A stretch of DNA of 32,000 bases from Faecalibaculum rodentium (lineage in GTDB: Bacteria > Bacillota_I > Bacilli_A > Erysipelotrichales > Erysipelotrichaceae), in assembly GCF_001564455.1 (NCBI RefSeq), contig NZ_CP011391.1:780001-812000 (forward strand), written 5' to 3'. Under the pieces are notes generated by a model that saw nothing but the letters and a program-made list of their open reading frames with translations, did not search any database and was not told the origin of the DNA. How positions within the stretch are numbered: the stretch's first letter is position 1; each line of letters starts with the position of its first letter. Position numbers and translations under genes: made by a program. Shown here one piece after another: positions 11,229-19,699 of this stretch.

Positions 11229-12581
11229 GTGAACCATGTAGCTCAAACTGTTATTCCGGTTGCCGGTGGACTTGATGTCCATAAATCCTTTGTCGTCGCT
11301 GTGATCAAAAGCACCAGCGATCAGGGAACGGTCAATACGGTAAAAAAAAGGTTCTCGACCTTTCGTGCAGATCTGGAAGACCTGCGGGACTGGCTCCTGC
11401 AGAATGACTGCCATCATGTCTGCATGGAATCGACCGGAAAATACTGGATACCGGTCTATAACGTCCTTGAGACAGCCATGGATGAAGTGCGGGTCTGTAA
11501 CCCTAAATGGCTGTCTCTGGTGAAAGGCGAGAAAGATGATAACAAGGATGCCGCACGTATCTGTGATCTGTATCGAAACGGGATGACAAAATCCAGTTAT
11601 ATCCCGAGCAAACAGATCCGCACTCTCAGAGAGCTTACACGTCTTCGACAAAAGTATGTGCAACAGCGGGCTTCGGACCATAACCGTCTGATCAATTGTC
11701 TCACTGTCAACAACTACAAACTGGACATGGTTTTCTCCAATGTCCGGGGAATATCGGCATCCCGTATCATCGATCTTATCTTATCAGGAGAATCATATAC
11801 AGATGAAGATATTTTGAAATGTGTGTCGAAGCGGTGCAAAGCTTCACAGGAAGATATCCTCCGGGCCTGCCACGGACTCGAATTCGATAAATTCCAGAGA
11901 GAGAAACTGAAGATCATCCGGGACCATATAGATGAACTGACGAAAGAGATAGAAAAACTGGACCAGCTCATAGCAGAGGCTTGTGAAGATCATAAGGAGC
12001 CTATCGATTTACTGATGACGATACCTGGAGTCAGTGAAATAAGTGCCCGAAAGATCATCGCTGAGCTTGGAACGGAGATGGATCAGTTTGGGAAGGATTC
12101 ACGTGTAGCCAAATGGGCAGGTCTGGCACCAGGAAGTGACGAATCAGCAGGAAAGATCCATTCCCGTCACATCACCAAGGGGGGCAAGCACCTTAAACCT
12201 GTTCTGATTGAAGTGGCATGGGCAGCTGTCAGATCCAAGAATCCATATTACCGCTGTAAATTTGAGATCCTGAGTTTGCGTCTGGGGAAGAAAAGAGCGA
12301 TCGTCGCGATCGCCCGAAAAGTGATCGTATCGATCTTCCACATGTTTTCGGACATGAAGGAATGGCATCCCAAAGACTGTGATGACTGTTTTGTACCAAG
12401 AGGTCTCTCAGTCCAAAAGGAGTCCAGGAAACTGAATAAGACAGTCAGCACACTGAAGGCGATGGGGATGACAGAGCATCAGATCCTCAAAACGATAGCA
12501 AAAGGGTTTGATGATTCTGAGATCAAAGATGATGCGGGTAACAGTTATGATTCGATCACAGGAGAATACATAACAGCCTGA
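11229..12581 (+). CDS. IS110-family transposase (DEDD recombinase)
   Basis: Contains GLDVHKSFVV, CMESTGKYW, NPKWLSL..KDDNKDAARI and the C-terminal IPGVSEISARKIIAELG....AGLAPGSDESAGK....ITKGGKHLK. The likely start is GTG 11229, 7 nt after AAAGGAG. The tracked start at 11142 adds an implausible leader. Confidence 0.9.
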   Translation: MNHVAQTVIPVAGGLDVHKSFVVAVIKSTSDQGTVNTVKKRFSTFRADLEDLRDWLLQNDCHHVCMESTGKYWIPVYNVLETAMDEVRVCNPKWLSLVKGEKDDNKDAARICDLYRNGMTKSSYIPSKQIRTLRELTRLRQKYVQQRASDHNRLINCLTVNNYKLDMVFSNVRGISASRIIDLILSGESYTDEDILKCVSKRCKASQEDILRACHGLEFDKFQREKLKIIRDHIDELTKEIEKLDQLIAEACEDHKEPIDLLMTIPGVSEISARKIIAELGTEMDQFGKDSRVAKWAGLAPGSDESAGKIHSRHITKGGKHLKPVLIEVAWAAVRSKNPYYRCKFEILSLRLGKKRAIVAIARKVIVSIFHMFSDMKEWHPKDCDDCFVPRGLSVQKESRKLNKTVSTLKAMGMTEHQILKTIAKGFDDSEIKDDAGNSYDSITGEYITA

Positions 12582-13068
12582 ATTTATAAGCGATTTTTGG
12601 GGGAAAGGGGGTACTATGCCTTTTAATACAGTAGATGCTTAGTGGCTCTGGCAATTGTCAGCTTTGAACGCAAGATTGTTTTCAAATTAAAAAACCGGGA
12701 TTTCACGGTAACAGGCAAACGGAGGATCAGTCTTATATCAGGGTTGTCCTCTGTTTCTGCCATACAGGCAGGGGCGCTTTGAACAGCAGGACGTCTGGAC
12801 ATGGAAACGGACTCTCCTGATTCAGCTGCATGCATGGGAAGCAGAAACTCTCGAGTCTCCGATCCTCACAGATCCTTTTGACGTACATTCCTTCCTCTGC
12901 TTCCATCAGGACAGTGGCCCGACTCTCTGTCGATGACATGGCTGGTCTTTGTCGGCATCTGAATCCCGATTGACTGCGTCTGCCTCACATTCATAGACGA
13001 AACGCAAAGCAGCAGGATGTGTGAGTATCTGCCCTGGTGACAATCTGCTGTGTCATCATCCGGAAAAG

Positions 13069-13097
13069 TGTACCAAACTCAGCTCAGACGATATAAT
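13069..13097 (+). promoter_or_regulatory. Possible sigma-70 promoter for the DUF2804-LytTR pair
   Basis: TATAAT is at 13092-13097, with a weak -35 TGTACC 17 bp upstream. It lies about 20 nt before the RBS GGAAAGGG. Confidence 0.35.
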
Positions 13098-13118
13098 CTA
13101 TGTCAGTGGAAAGGGCTG

Positions 13119-14129
13119 ATGAAGTTGAAGATGAAAAACACCATTCTGACAGAAGACACAGAACTTCTGGATGAAACAGGACAGGTCCTGTCCCCTGGAT
13201 TTGCCCGGCGCCCGCTCTGGAACTATGACCGGTCCAGGATACATGCGCCCGGTTTCAGAATCAAGGAATGGGATTATTACCTGGTCATGACAGATGAATT
13301 CGCAGCAGCATTTACCATCAGCGATCTGGGATATCTTCGCATGGCGTCCGTCAGTTTCCTGGATTTTGAAAAAGGCACAGACCATACGCGAACTCTCCTG
13401 AAACCAGCCGGTGCACCTTTCATGCAGGAGAATGTCATTGTCTGGACGGGCAAGGATATGATGCTTCGATTTACATCTGAAGGGGATAGACATCACGTGT
13501 GGTGCTGGTGGAAGCAGTTTGGCAGAGGAAGCGATTTCCGTGCCGATCTGACATTCCTGGAAGAGCCACGGGAATCCATGAACATCGTGACTCCCTGGCC
13601 TGACAGACGGAAATTCTATTACAATACCAAGATCAACTGCATGCCGGTGACAGGCACCATCGTCCATGACTGGCATGTGAAACGGCTAGATGCAGATACG
13701 GATTCCGGTATTCTTGACCGGGGCAGAGGCGTCTGGCCATACCGCATCCACTGGCTCTGGGGGACGTGCTCCACGCAGGTGAACGGGATTCCATTTGGTT
13801 TCTCCATCGGGTATGGCTTTGGAGATACTTCAGCCGCGAGCGAAAACGTCATATTTTATGATGGGGCTGTGCATAAACTGGATGACATTACCCTGGAGAT
13901 TCCTCATAATCCCATGCTTCCATGGACTGTATCCAGTTCAGATGGACGGTTTGAAGCAGTATTCACACCTGAACTGGACAGGACAGCCCATATCAACGCG
14001 CTTTTGATTGAATCTGACCAGCACCAGTACTTTGGCAGAATCACCGGTGTTGTCATTCTGGACAACGGCCGCCAGATCGAGATGCGTGATTTGCGATGTG
14101 CCATTGAAGACATCAGGAACAGATACTGA
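13119..14129 (+). CDS. DUF2804-family protein of unknown function
   Basis: Contains ..LLDETGQVLSPGFARRPLWNYDRSRIHAPGFRIKEWDYYLV.. followed by a beta-rich body, matching my recollection of DUF2804 proteins. The start was chosen at the ATG after GGAAAGGG. ATG 13131 is an alternative. Confidence 0.6.
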   Translation: MKLKMKNTILTEDTELLDETGQVLSPGFARRPLWNYDRSRIHAPGFRIKEWDYYLVMTDEFAAAFTISDLGYLRMASVSFLDFEKGTDHTRTLLKPAGAPFMQENVIVWTGKDMMLRFTSEGDRHHVWCWWKQFGRGSDFRADLTFLEEPRESMNIVTPWPDRRKFYYNTKINCMPVTGTIVHDWHVKRLDADTDSGILDRGRGVWPYRIHWLWGTCSTQVNGIPFGFSIGYGFGDTSAASENVIFYDGAVHKLDDITLEIPHNPMLPWTVSSSDGRFEAVFTPELDRTAHINALLIESDQHQYFGRITGVVILDNGRQIEMRDLRCAIEDIRNRY

Positions 14130-14130
14130 C

Positions 14131-14823
14131 ATGATTCGGATAGCAATTCTTGAACATGAAAAGGAAACGAAGGAAATCGTTTTTCTGCTGGCCAGAGTGT
14201 TTCGTCAGAATGACTGGGTCTTCCGCCATTACTTCAAGGCAAGCGAACTTGCCAGAAAAATGAAGGAAGAATCATACCAGATATTTATCTTCGACGAAAT
14301 GTTCCGTTCTCCCCGGATGGAGTCCGTGTTTGTGCATGATAATCCGGACGCAGTATTCATTTACCTGTGCGAGGACCCTCTCGTGACCAAAGGGAATGAC
14401 GACAGGGAGCGGATTTTCTACCTTGGCAAAAACTCGCTGGCTGCAGGTCTGGACAGCATCAGCCAGCGGCTGGTTTCCCAGTCTTCTCAAAACGACCATT
14501 ACACCCTTGCCTACGACGGGACCCATGTCAACATTCCATACCAGGAAATATTTTATGTGGAAAAAATTGAGAAAATGGTCTGGTTTCACACCCGCAAGGG
14601 CGTGTTCCACAAGCGGATGAACATGTCAGATCTTGAAAAGCTCTTTTCGCCCTATGGATTTCTGCGGGTACACGTCTCGTATCTCGTCAACCGCAAACAC
14701 ATACGCTCCTGGCACAAAGAAGATGTGGAACTGGTAACAGGTGATCTCGTCCCGCTGTCCCGGGCGCAGAAGCGCAGGCTGCGCCAGGAAAAAGACGTGC
14801 CGGTATCCGGCGAACGCGTGTAA
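14131..14823 (+). CDS. LytTR-domain DNA-binding regulator with an atypical receiver-like N-terminus
   Basis: The C-terminus IPYQEIFYVEKIEKMVWFHTRKGVFHKRMNMSDLEKL..GFLRVHVSYLVNRKHI is a LytTR domain. The N-terminal about 120 aa is receiver-shaped (IFIFDE, GKN) but has LEHE in place of the usual acidic DD pair. Its ATG lies 1 nt after the DUF2804 stop. Confidence 0.8.
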   Translation: MIRIAILEHEKETKEIVFLLARVFRQNDWVFRHYFKASELARKMKEESYQIFIFDEMFRSPRMESVFVHDNPDAVFIYLCEDPLVTKGNDDRERIFYLGKNSLAAGLDSISQRLVSQSSQNDHYTLAYDGTHVNIPYQEIFYVEKIEKMVWFHTRKGVFHKRMNMSDLEKLFSPYGFLRVHVSYLVNRKHIRSWHKEDVELVTGDLVPLSRAQKRRLRQEKDVPVSGERV

Positions 14824-14902
14824 TGCCTGTGGCGCCGTTCCCCGTACCTGCCACAATGGATCTCAGACCTGTGGGCAATGGATGCAGCCGGTCGATACTG
14901 TC

Positions 14903-14966
14903 AAAAAAAGGACTGACGTCAGCCCGGTTTTGTCTGCTGCAAGACCGGCAGCCATCAGTCCTTTTT
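14903..14966. terminator. Bidirectional rho-independent terminator between the convergent LytTR gene and dapH
   Basis: AAAAAAAGGACTGA ... TCAGTCCTTTTT forms the outer stem, with an inner CCGGT/ACCGG stem. An A-run lies on one side and a T-run on the other. Confidence 0.8.
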
Positions 14967-15005
14967 CTTCTCTGTCCAGGCTGACCGGCACGCGATTTCA
15001 GCGTT

Positions 15006-15695
15006 TTACAGCCTGCGAAGTGCATCCACCAGTTCTGTTTTCTGTGCAGCCCTGGCATCTTTCATTTTGATGACCGTGGCAGGACATCCGGCAACCACTG
15101 CATAAGGGGGGACATCTTCGATGACCACTGCACCGGCTGCAACAACCGCCCCTTTCCCCACGCGACATCCCTCGATGACTACGGCATTCGCGCCAATCAT
15201 GACGTCATCTTCGATCACCACAGGTGTCGCACTGGCCGGTTCCACCACTCCGGCAAGAACAGCACCGGCACCGATATGACAGTGACGTCCGACAATGGCC
15301 CGGCCGCCAAGGACAGCGTTCATGTCAATCATCGTATTGTCCCCAATCACGGCACCGATGTTGATCACCGCCCCCATCATGATCACAACCCCACTGCCAA
15401 TGGAGACCATATCCCGAATGATGGCACCAGGTTCAATCCTGGCATTCAGATTCAGGAGATCCAGAAGAGGAACCGCGCTGTTCCGGCAGTCATTTTCTAT
15501 GGTGTAGTCAGCAATCGCGCCACTATCCAGAACCGGTTTGATATCCTTCCAGTCTCCGATGACCAGATGGCCATACACCCGGCAGTTCGGAAACTGAACC
15601 GGGGCATCGGCATTGAACCACACCTTTACAGGAGTTTTCTTTTCTGATTCAGAGATGAAGCGGATGATTGCTTCGGCATTCATTACCATTGTCAT
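15006..15695 (-). CDS. dapH: 2,3,4,5-tetrahydropyridine-2,6-dicarboxylate N-acetyltransferase
   Basis: Hexapeptide-repeat protein with ..[53 protein letters not shown].., closely matching Bacillus DapH (YkuQ). Confidence 0.9.
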   Translation of the reverse strand: MTMVMNAEAIIRFISESEKKTPVKVWFNADAPVQFPNCRVYGHLVIGDWKDIKPVLDSGAIADYTIENDCRNSAVPLLDLLNLNARIEPGAIIRDMVSIGSGVVIMMGAVINIGAVIGDNTMIDMNAVLGGRAIVGRHCHIGAGAVLAGVVEPASATPVVIEDDVMIGANAVVIEGCRVGKGAVVAAGAVVIEDVPPYAVVAGCPATVIKMKDARAAQKTELVDALRRL

Positions 15696-16405
15696 GCAGC
15701 TGTTTCCTCCAGTAGTTCATCCATAGTATACAGTCCCGGTTGCTGCTTCTGCAGAAATTCCGCAGCCTTCAGAGCACCGTTTACAAATATCTCCCGGGAT
15801 CCGGCGTGGTGACTGAGCCTGACGACTTCGTCGGGACCGAAAAAGATCACATCATGATCACCCGCAACGGTACCGCCCCGAATGGCGTGGATGCCGATTT
15901 CCCTGGTACGGGGACCTGGACGGCCATGACGGCCATACACCCGGTCGAAAGAGGACTCCGGATCTACAGCATCCAGCAGCGACAGCGCTGTGCCGCTGGG
16001 AGCATCTGCTTTCCTGCTGTGATGCGCCTCCACGATTTCGATATCAAAGCCCCTGAGCATTTTCGCTGCATCAGACGCGAGTTTCTGCAGAACAGCCACG
16101 CCGAGCGAATAGTTCGAAGCATAAAACACAGGGCGGGTGACTGAGGCTGCCCGAAGCCGCTCTGTGTGTGAGGGGTCGAACCCGGTGGTTCCTTCGACAA
16201 GAGCGGCACTGCCGGAAAGCGAAAGAATCCAGTCCAGGTTGTCCGGGTGCGAGAAGTCTATGATCGCATCGGCCTTTGCCGAGAGCGCCGGAACATCTCC
16301 AGGGGACAGAACGTCGCCCATGGCCAGCACTTCATGTCCGGCATCTTCGGCTTTCTGGCGGATCAGCTGTCCCATTCTCCCTGTGCCCACGATGATCAGC
16401 TTCAT
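15692..16405 (-). CDS. dapB: 4-hydroxy-tetrahydrodipicolinate reductase
   Basis: Has the N-terminal Rossmann motif [13 protein letters not shown] and [15 protein letters not shown] (the DapB signature E-x-HH-x-K-x-D-APSGTA). It overlaps both neighbours by ATGA. Confidence 0.92.
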   Translation of the reverse strand: MKLIIVGTGRMGQLIRQKAEDAGHEVLAMGDVLSPGDVPALSAKADAIIDFSHPDNLDWILSLSGSAALVEGTTGFDPSHTERLRAASVTRPVFYASNYSLGVAVLQKLASDAAKMLRGFDIEIVEAHHSRKADAPSGTALSLLDAVDPESSFDRVYGRHGRPGPRTREIGIHAIRGGTVAGDHDVIFFGPDEVVRLSHHAGSREIFVNGALKAAEFLQKQQPGLYTMDELLEETAA

Positions 16406-17286
16406 AGCAGGCCTGCTTCCTGCAGAGACTGCTTCAAAGTCTCTTTGTGTCCTTCTTCCATGGGATACAGAGGCAGGCGGTAGCCGCCGACTTCCATCCC
16501 CATAAGGTTCATTGCTTCCTTGACAGGGATCGGGTTGACTTCAATGAACAGGGCATGGATCACATCCAGCAGGTCTTTCTGAAGCTGCAGGGCTCCCTGT
16601 GTGTCCCCGTTCTGGTATTTTTTTACCATCTCGTGGGTCTGCTTCGGAGCAATGTCTGCAAGTACGGAGATGACACCGGAAGCTCCGGCGCCCATCATCG
16701 GAACAATGATGTCGTCGTTCCCGGAATACATGACAAAATCCTCGTTCAAAAGCCTGGATACATTCATGGCATAGGACAGGTTGCCGCTCGCTTCCTTGAT
16801 TCCCTGAATCATGGGATGGGTGCTGAGTCTGGCCACAACGTCCACGGGAATGGACATCCCTGTGCGTCCGGGGATGTTGTAGAGAATGATGGGGATGCTG
16901 ACTTCGTCAGCCACAGTCTGGAAATGACGGACAAGACCTTCGGTGTTCGCCTTGTTGTAATAAGGGGAAATCAGCAGCAGTCCATCTGCACCCATCTTTT
17001 CATATTTCCGGGCTTTGTCCAGCTGTGTGGCGGTGTTGTTGGAACCCGCACCCACGATGACCGGAATGCGTCCGGCTGCGGCTTCGATGACCGCCCCGGC
17101 TGCCAGGTCATCCTCCTCTTCCGTCATGGTGGAGCTTTCCCCGGTCGTGCCCAGGACAAGGATTCCGTCGGTACCGGACGAAATGTGGAATTCCACCAGT
17201 TCTTTCAGCTTTTCTGTATTGACGGTTCCATCTTCGTGGAACGGTGTGACGAGGGCCACAATGGACCCTGTTGGCAGGCTTGTCAT
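16402..17286 (-). CDS. dapA: 4-hydroxy-tetrahydrodipicolinate synthase
   Basis: 294 aa with ..ALVTPF...GTTGES.T.., YNIPGRTG and the active-site Lys context IQGIKEASG. Confidence 0.93.
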   Translation of the reverse strand: MTSLPTGSIVALVTPFHEDGTVNTEKLKELVEFHISSGTDGILVLGTTGESSTMTEEEDDLAAGAVIEAAAGRIPVIVGAGSNNTATQLDKARKYEKMGADGLLLISPYYNKANTEGLVRHFQTVADEVSIPIILYNIPGRTGMSIPVDVVARLSTHPMIQGIKEASGNLSYAMNVSRLLNEDFVMYSGNDDIIVPMMGAGASGVISVLADIAPKQTHEMVKKYQNGDTQGALQLQKDLLDVIHALFIEVNPIPVKEAMNLMGMEVGGYRLPLYPMEEGHKETLKQSLQEAGLL

Positions 17287-18080
17287 AAATAAAAAACTCC
17301 TTTCATGATCCGGACAGCCGGACCGCTCATGAAGACAGTACCGTCTTCAATATCTATGTGCAGAGATCCGCGCCGGAGCTCCACGTCCACATGAGGACCT
17401 GTCAGTCCTTCCCTCCATGCCTGATAGGCGGAGGCACAGACCCCGGTGCCGCAGGCAAGGGTGACACCGCATCCGCGTTCATAGGTTTGTACCCGGAGGT
17501 GGCCGGAGTCCACCACTTCGACAAAATTGACATTGGTCTGTTCCGGAAACAGAGAGGCATGGCAGATTTCGGACCCGGGGATTTCAATATTTCCCATGGC
17601 GTTGTCCGTAAAGACCACTGTATGTATGGTACCCATGAAGAAACTGGTGATTTCATGATCGTTGAGCAGGTAGTGATCCACCTGGAAGGGAGTGCCGATT
17701 GTTTCCCGGGAAAAATCCGGCTGCCCCATCATCACCCGGAACGTTCCGTCCTGCAGCCTGGCCACTGTTTTTGTGCCGGCCATGGTTTCAACATCGAAGA
17801 CCTGGTCCTGCACAAGACCTTCATCCAGGCAGAAGGCAGAAAAACACCGGATGCCATTGCCGCACATGGGAGCCCGGGATCCATCCTGGTTGTAGTACAC
17901 CATTTCCAGGGGATCAGTGCAGACAACGATGAAGCCATCTGCCCCGATTCCGGTATGCCGGTCACAGAGAGCCACTGCCAGCTGCGGCCAGTCCAGATTC
18001 TGGACATCCCTGGCGTGAACGATTACAAAGTCGTTTCCACAGCCGTGATATTTCGTGACAGGCAGTTCTGTTCTGTTCAT
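17283..18080 (-). CDS. dapF: Diaminopimelate epimerase
   Basis: Contains KYHGCGNDFVIV and both catalytic Cys contexts, MCGNGIRCF and LACGTGVCAS. Confidence 0.93.
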   Translation of the reverse strand: MNRTELPVTKYHGCGNDFVIVHARDVQNLDWPQLAVALCDRHTGIGADGFIVVCTDPLEMVYYNQDGSRAPMCGNGIRCFSAFCLDEGLVQDQVFDVETMAGTKTVARLQDGTFRVMMGQPDFSRETIGTPFQVDHYLLNDHEITSFFMGTIHTVVFTDNAMGNIEIPGSEICHASLFPEQTNVNFVEVVDSGHLRVQTYERGCGVTLACGTGVCASAYQAWREGLTGPHVDVELRRGSLHIDIEDGTVFMSGPAVRIMKGVFYL

Positions 18081-19372
18081 TCGGCTTCACCAGCCTCCGT
18101 GTGATTCAATGACAGATCGTTCCGGATCAGGTCGTCCGGTGTCTGAGGACGGATGACCCAGTGTGCCAGTCCGTCTTTGACAAACAGAGTCCCCGGGACT
18201 GCCAGACGGTTGTAGTTCGAGGCCATGGACTGACCATAGGCACCGGTTGTATACACCGCCAGAATGTCTCCGGGCTCTGCATGCTGGAGCCTGATATCGG
18301 ATGCGATGATATCACCGCTTTCGCAGCATTTTCCGGCGATGGTGACCACTTCATCTTTCGGCTCCTTCAGATGGTCGGCGAGATCAGCATCATATTCCGC
18401 CTGATACAGCGCCGGGCGGATATTGTCGTTCATGCCGCCGTTCACGAACACATACCGGCGGTGGTCAGTATCCTTGATGCCGCCGACGGTATACAGTGTA
18501 TAGCCTGCCTCGGCTGCAATGGAGCGGCCCGGTTCGATGATCAGTTCTTTGACCTGCAGCCCATACTGTTTCTTTGCACGGGCAGCAGCTTCCAGAATCT
18601 GTCTGCAGATCACAGGGATCGGAGGACAGTCATCCTTGTCTGTGTATCTGGCCGCAAATCCACCTCCCAGATCCAGGCAGGAAACCTGTATTCCGGTCTG
18701 GTCCTGGAACTGCTTTGCAAAGGAACATACTTTGTCGATTTCCGCTGCAAATGCCTCCGGCTCAAAAATCTGTGATCCGATGTGTGCGTGAAATCCGGCA
18801 AAAGTCAGGGCAGGGGATTCATGCAGGATCCGGCAGGTTTCACAGATTTCATCCGGCCGGGTGATGGAGATTCCGAATTTGCTGTCGATGTCTGCCGTGA
18901 CGATGTAGGCGTGTGTATGGGCTTCCACTCCGGGATTGATCCGCAGCAGCACGCGGGTACCTGCCTGTGGGTAATGCTGTGCAAGAAAAGCCAGGCGTCC
19001 GGCTTCGGACAGATTGTCCACAACGATGGTCCCGACCCCGGATTCCAGTGCCAGTTCGAGTTCTGCATCGGTTTTGCTGTTTCCGTGCAACAGGATGTGC
19101 TTCATGTTGAATCCGGCTTTCACGGCTGTATACAGTTCTCCGCCAGATACGACATCAGCCCACAGCCCTTCCCGCTGCACCAGCTCCATCATGGCAATAC
19201 AGCAGAAGGCCTTGGATGCATACGCCACATGACAGTCAAATTCAGGAGAACGGAAGGCATCCGCAAATTCCCGCATCCTGTTTTCCAGGGATCCCTGATC
19301 ATACACATAGACAGGTGTGCCGAAGCGGGCTGCAAGCGAAGAGGCTTCGACACCTGCGATTTTCAGTTTCAT
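18077..19372 (-). CDS. lysA: Diaminopimelate decarboxylase
   Basis: PLP-dependent Orn/DAP/Arg decarboxylase fold (YASKAF, HAHIGSQ, LDLGGGF, CESGD). The start was set at ATG 19372, which is 5 nt after AAGGAGA. The tracked TTG at 19390 overlaps that RBS. Confidence 0.92.
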   Translation of the reverse strand: MKLKIAGVEASSLAARFGTPVYVYDQGSLENRMREFADAFRSPEFDCHVAYASKAFCCIAMMELVQREGLWADVVSGGELYTAVKAGFNMKHILLHGNSKTDAELELALESGVGTIVVDNLSEAGRLAFLAQHYPQAGTRVLLRINPGVEAHTHAYIVTADIDSKFGISITRPDEICETCRILHESPALTFAGFHAHIGSQIFEPEAFAAEIDKVCSFAKQFQDQTGIQVSCLDLGGGFAARYTDKDDCPPIPVICRQILEAAARAKKQYGLQVKELIIEPGRSIAAEAGYTLYTVGGIKDTDHRRYVFVNGGMNDNIRPALYQAEYDADLADHLKEPKDEVVTIAGKCCESGDIIASDIRLQHAEPGDILAVYTTGAYGQSMASNYNRLAVPGTLFVKDGLAHWVIRPQTPDDLIRNDLSLNHTEAGEAE

Positions 19373-19385
19373 ACAAATCTCCTTT

Positions 19386-19597
19386 GACAAAAGCCGGCGG
19401 ACGCAACTGCATCCGCCGGCTTACGGTCCACCTTCGGATAGCGCTCCTGCAATATCTGCAGACAGTCCGCGGAATATTCTCCCGGCGGCCCACCGCCTCT
19501 TCATGCCTGAAGACGCAGTTCGGCGGCAGCGCTCCCTGCGGTCTCATGCGCCTGCCGGCTGGACTCGCAGGAGTCGCTTCCGCGACCTCTATCTGCG
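19386..19597 (-). promoter_or_regulatory. Lysine riboswitch (L-box) with terminator expression platform, leader of the lysA-dapFABH operon
   Basis: The minus-strand leader reads ..GCAGATAGAGGTCGCGGAAGCGACTCCTGCGAGTCC...GGGAGCGCTGCCGCCGAAC...CTGTCTGCAG.., paralleling the B. subtilis lysC L-box blocks AGAGGTGCGAAC, GAGTA, GGGAGCGTCGCCGAAG and CTGTCA. A GC-rich hairpin AGCCGGCGGA/TCCGCCGGCT (19392-19421) plus TTTT lies just before the RBS. Confidence 0.8.
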
Positions 19598-19600
19598 GTA

Positions 19601-19629
19601 ATAGTAACAGAGCCATGAGATGCATTCAA
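19601..19629 (-). promoter_or_regulatory. Sigma-70-type promoter of the L-box/lys operon
   Basis: On the minus strand, TTGAAT (19629-19624), a 17-nt spacer and TACTAT (19606-19601). The predicted start falls a few nt before the L-box P1 region. Confidence 0.6.
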
Positions 19630-19699
19630 GGAATGCTGCATTGTCTTTTCATTGTTTTTGCAAGAAAATGAAAGAATCTGAAAGGAAGACATCAAATTT

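Noticed and set aside
16447-19387. Plus-strand ORFs of 201-281 aa opposite dapA, dapF and lysA
   Set aside because: These are shadow ORFs of highly conserved minus-strand biosynthetic genes, with no motifs and no RBS.
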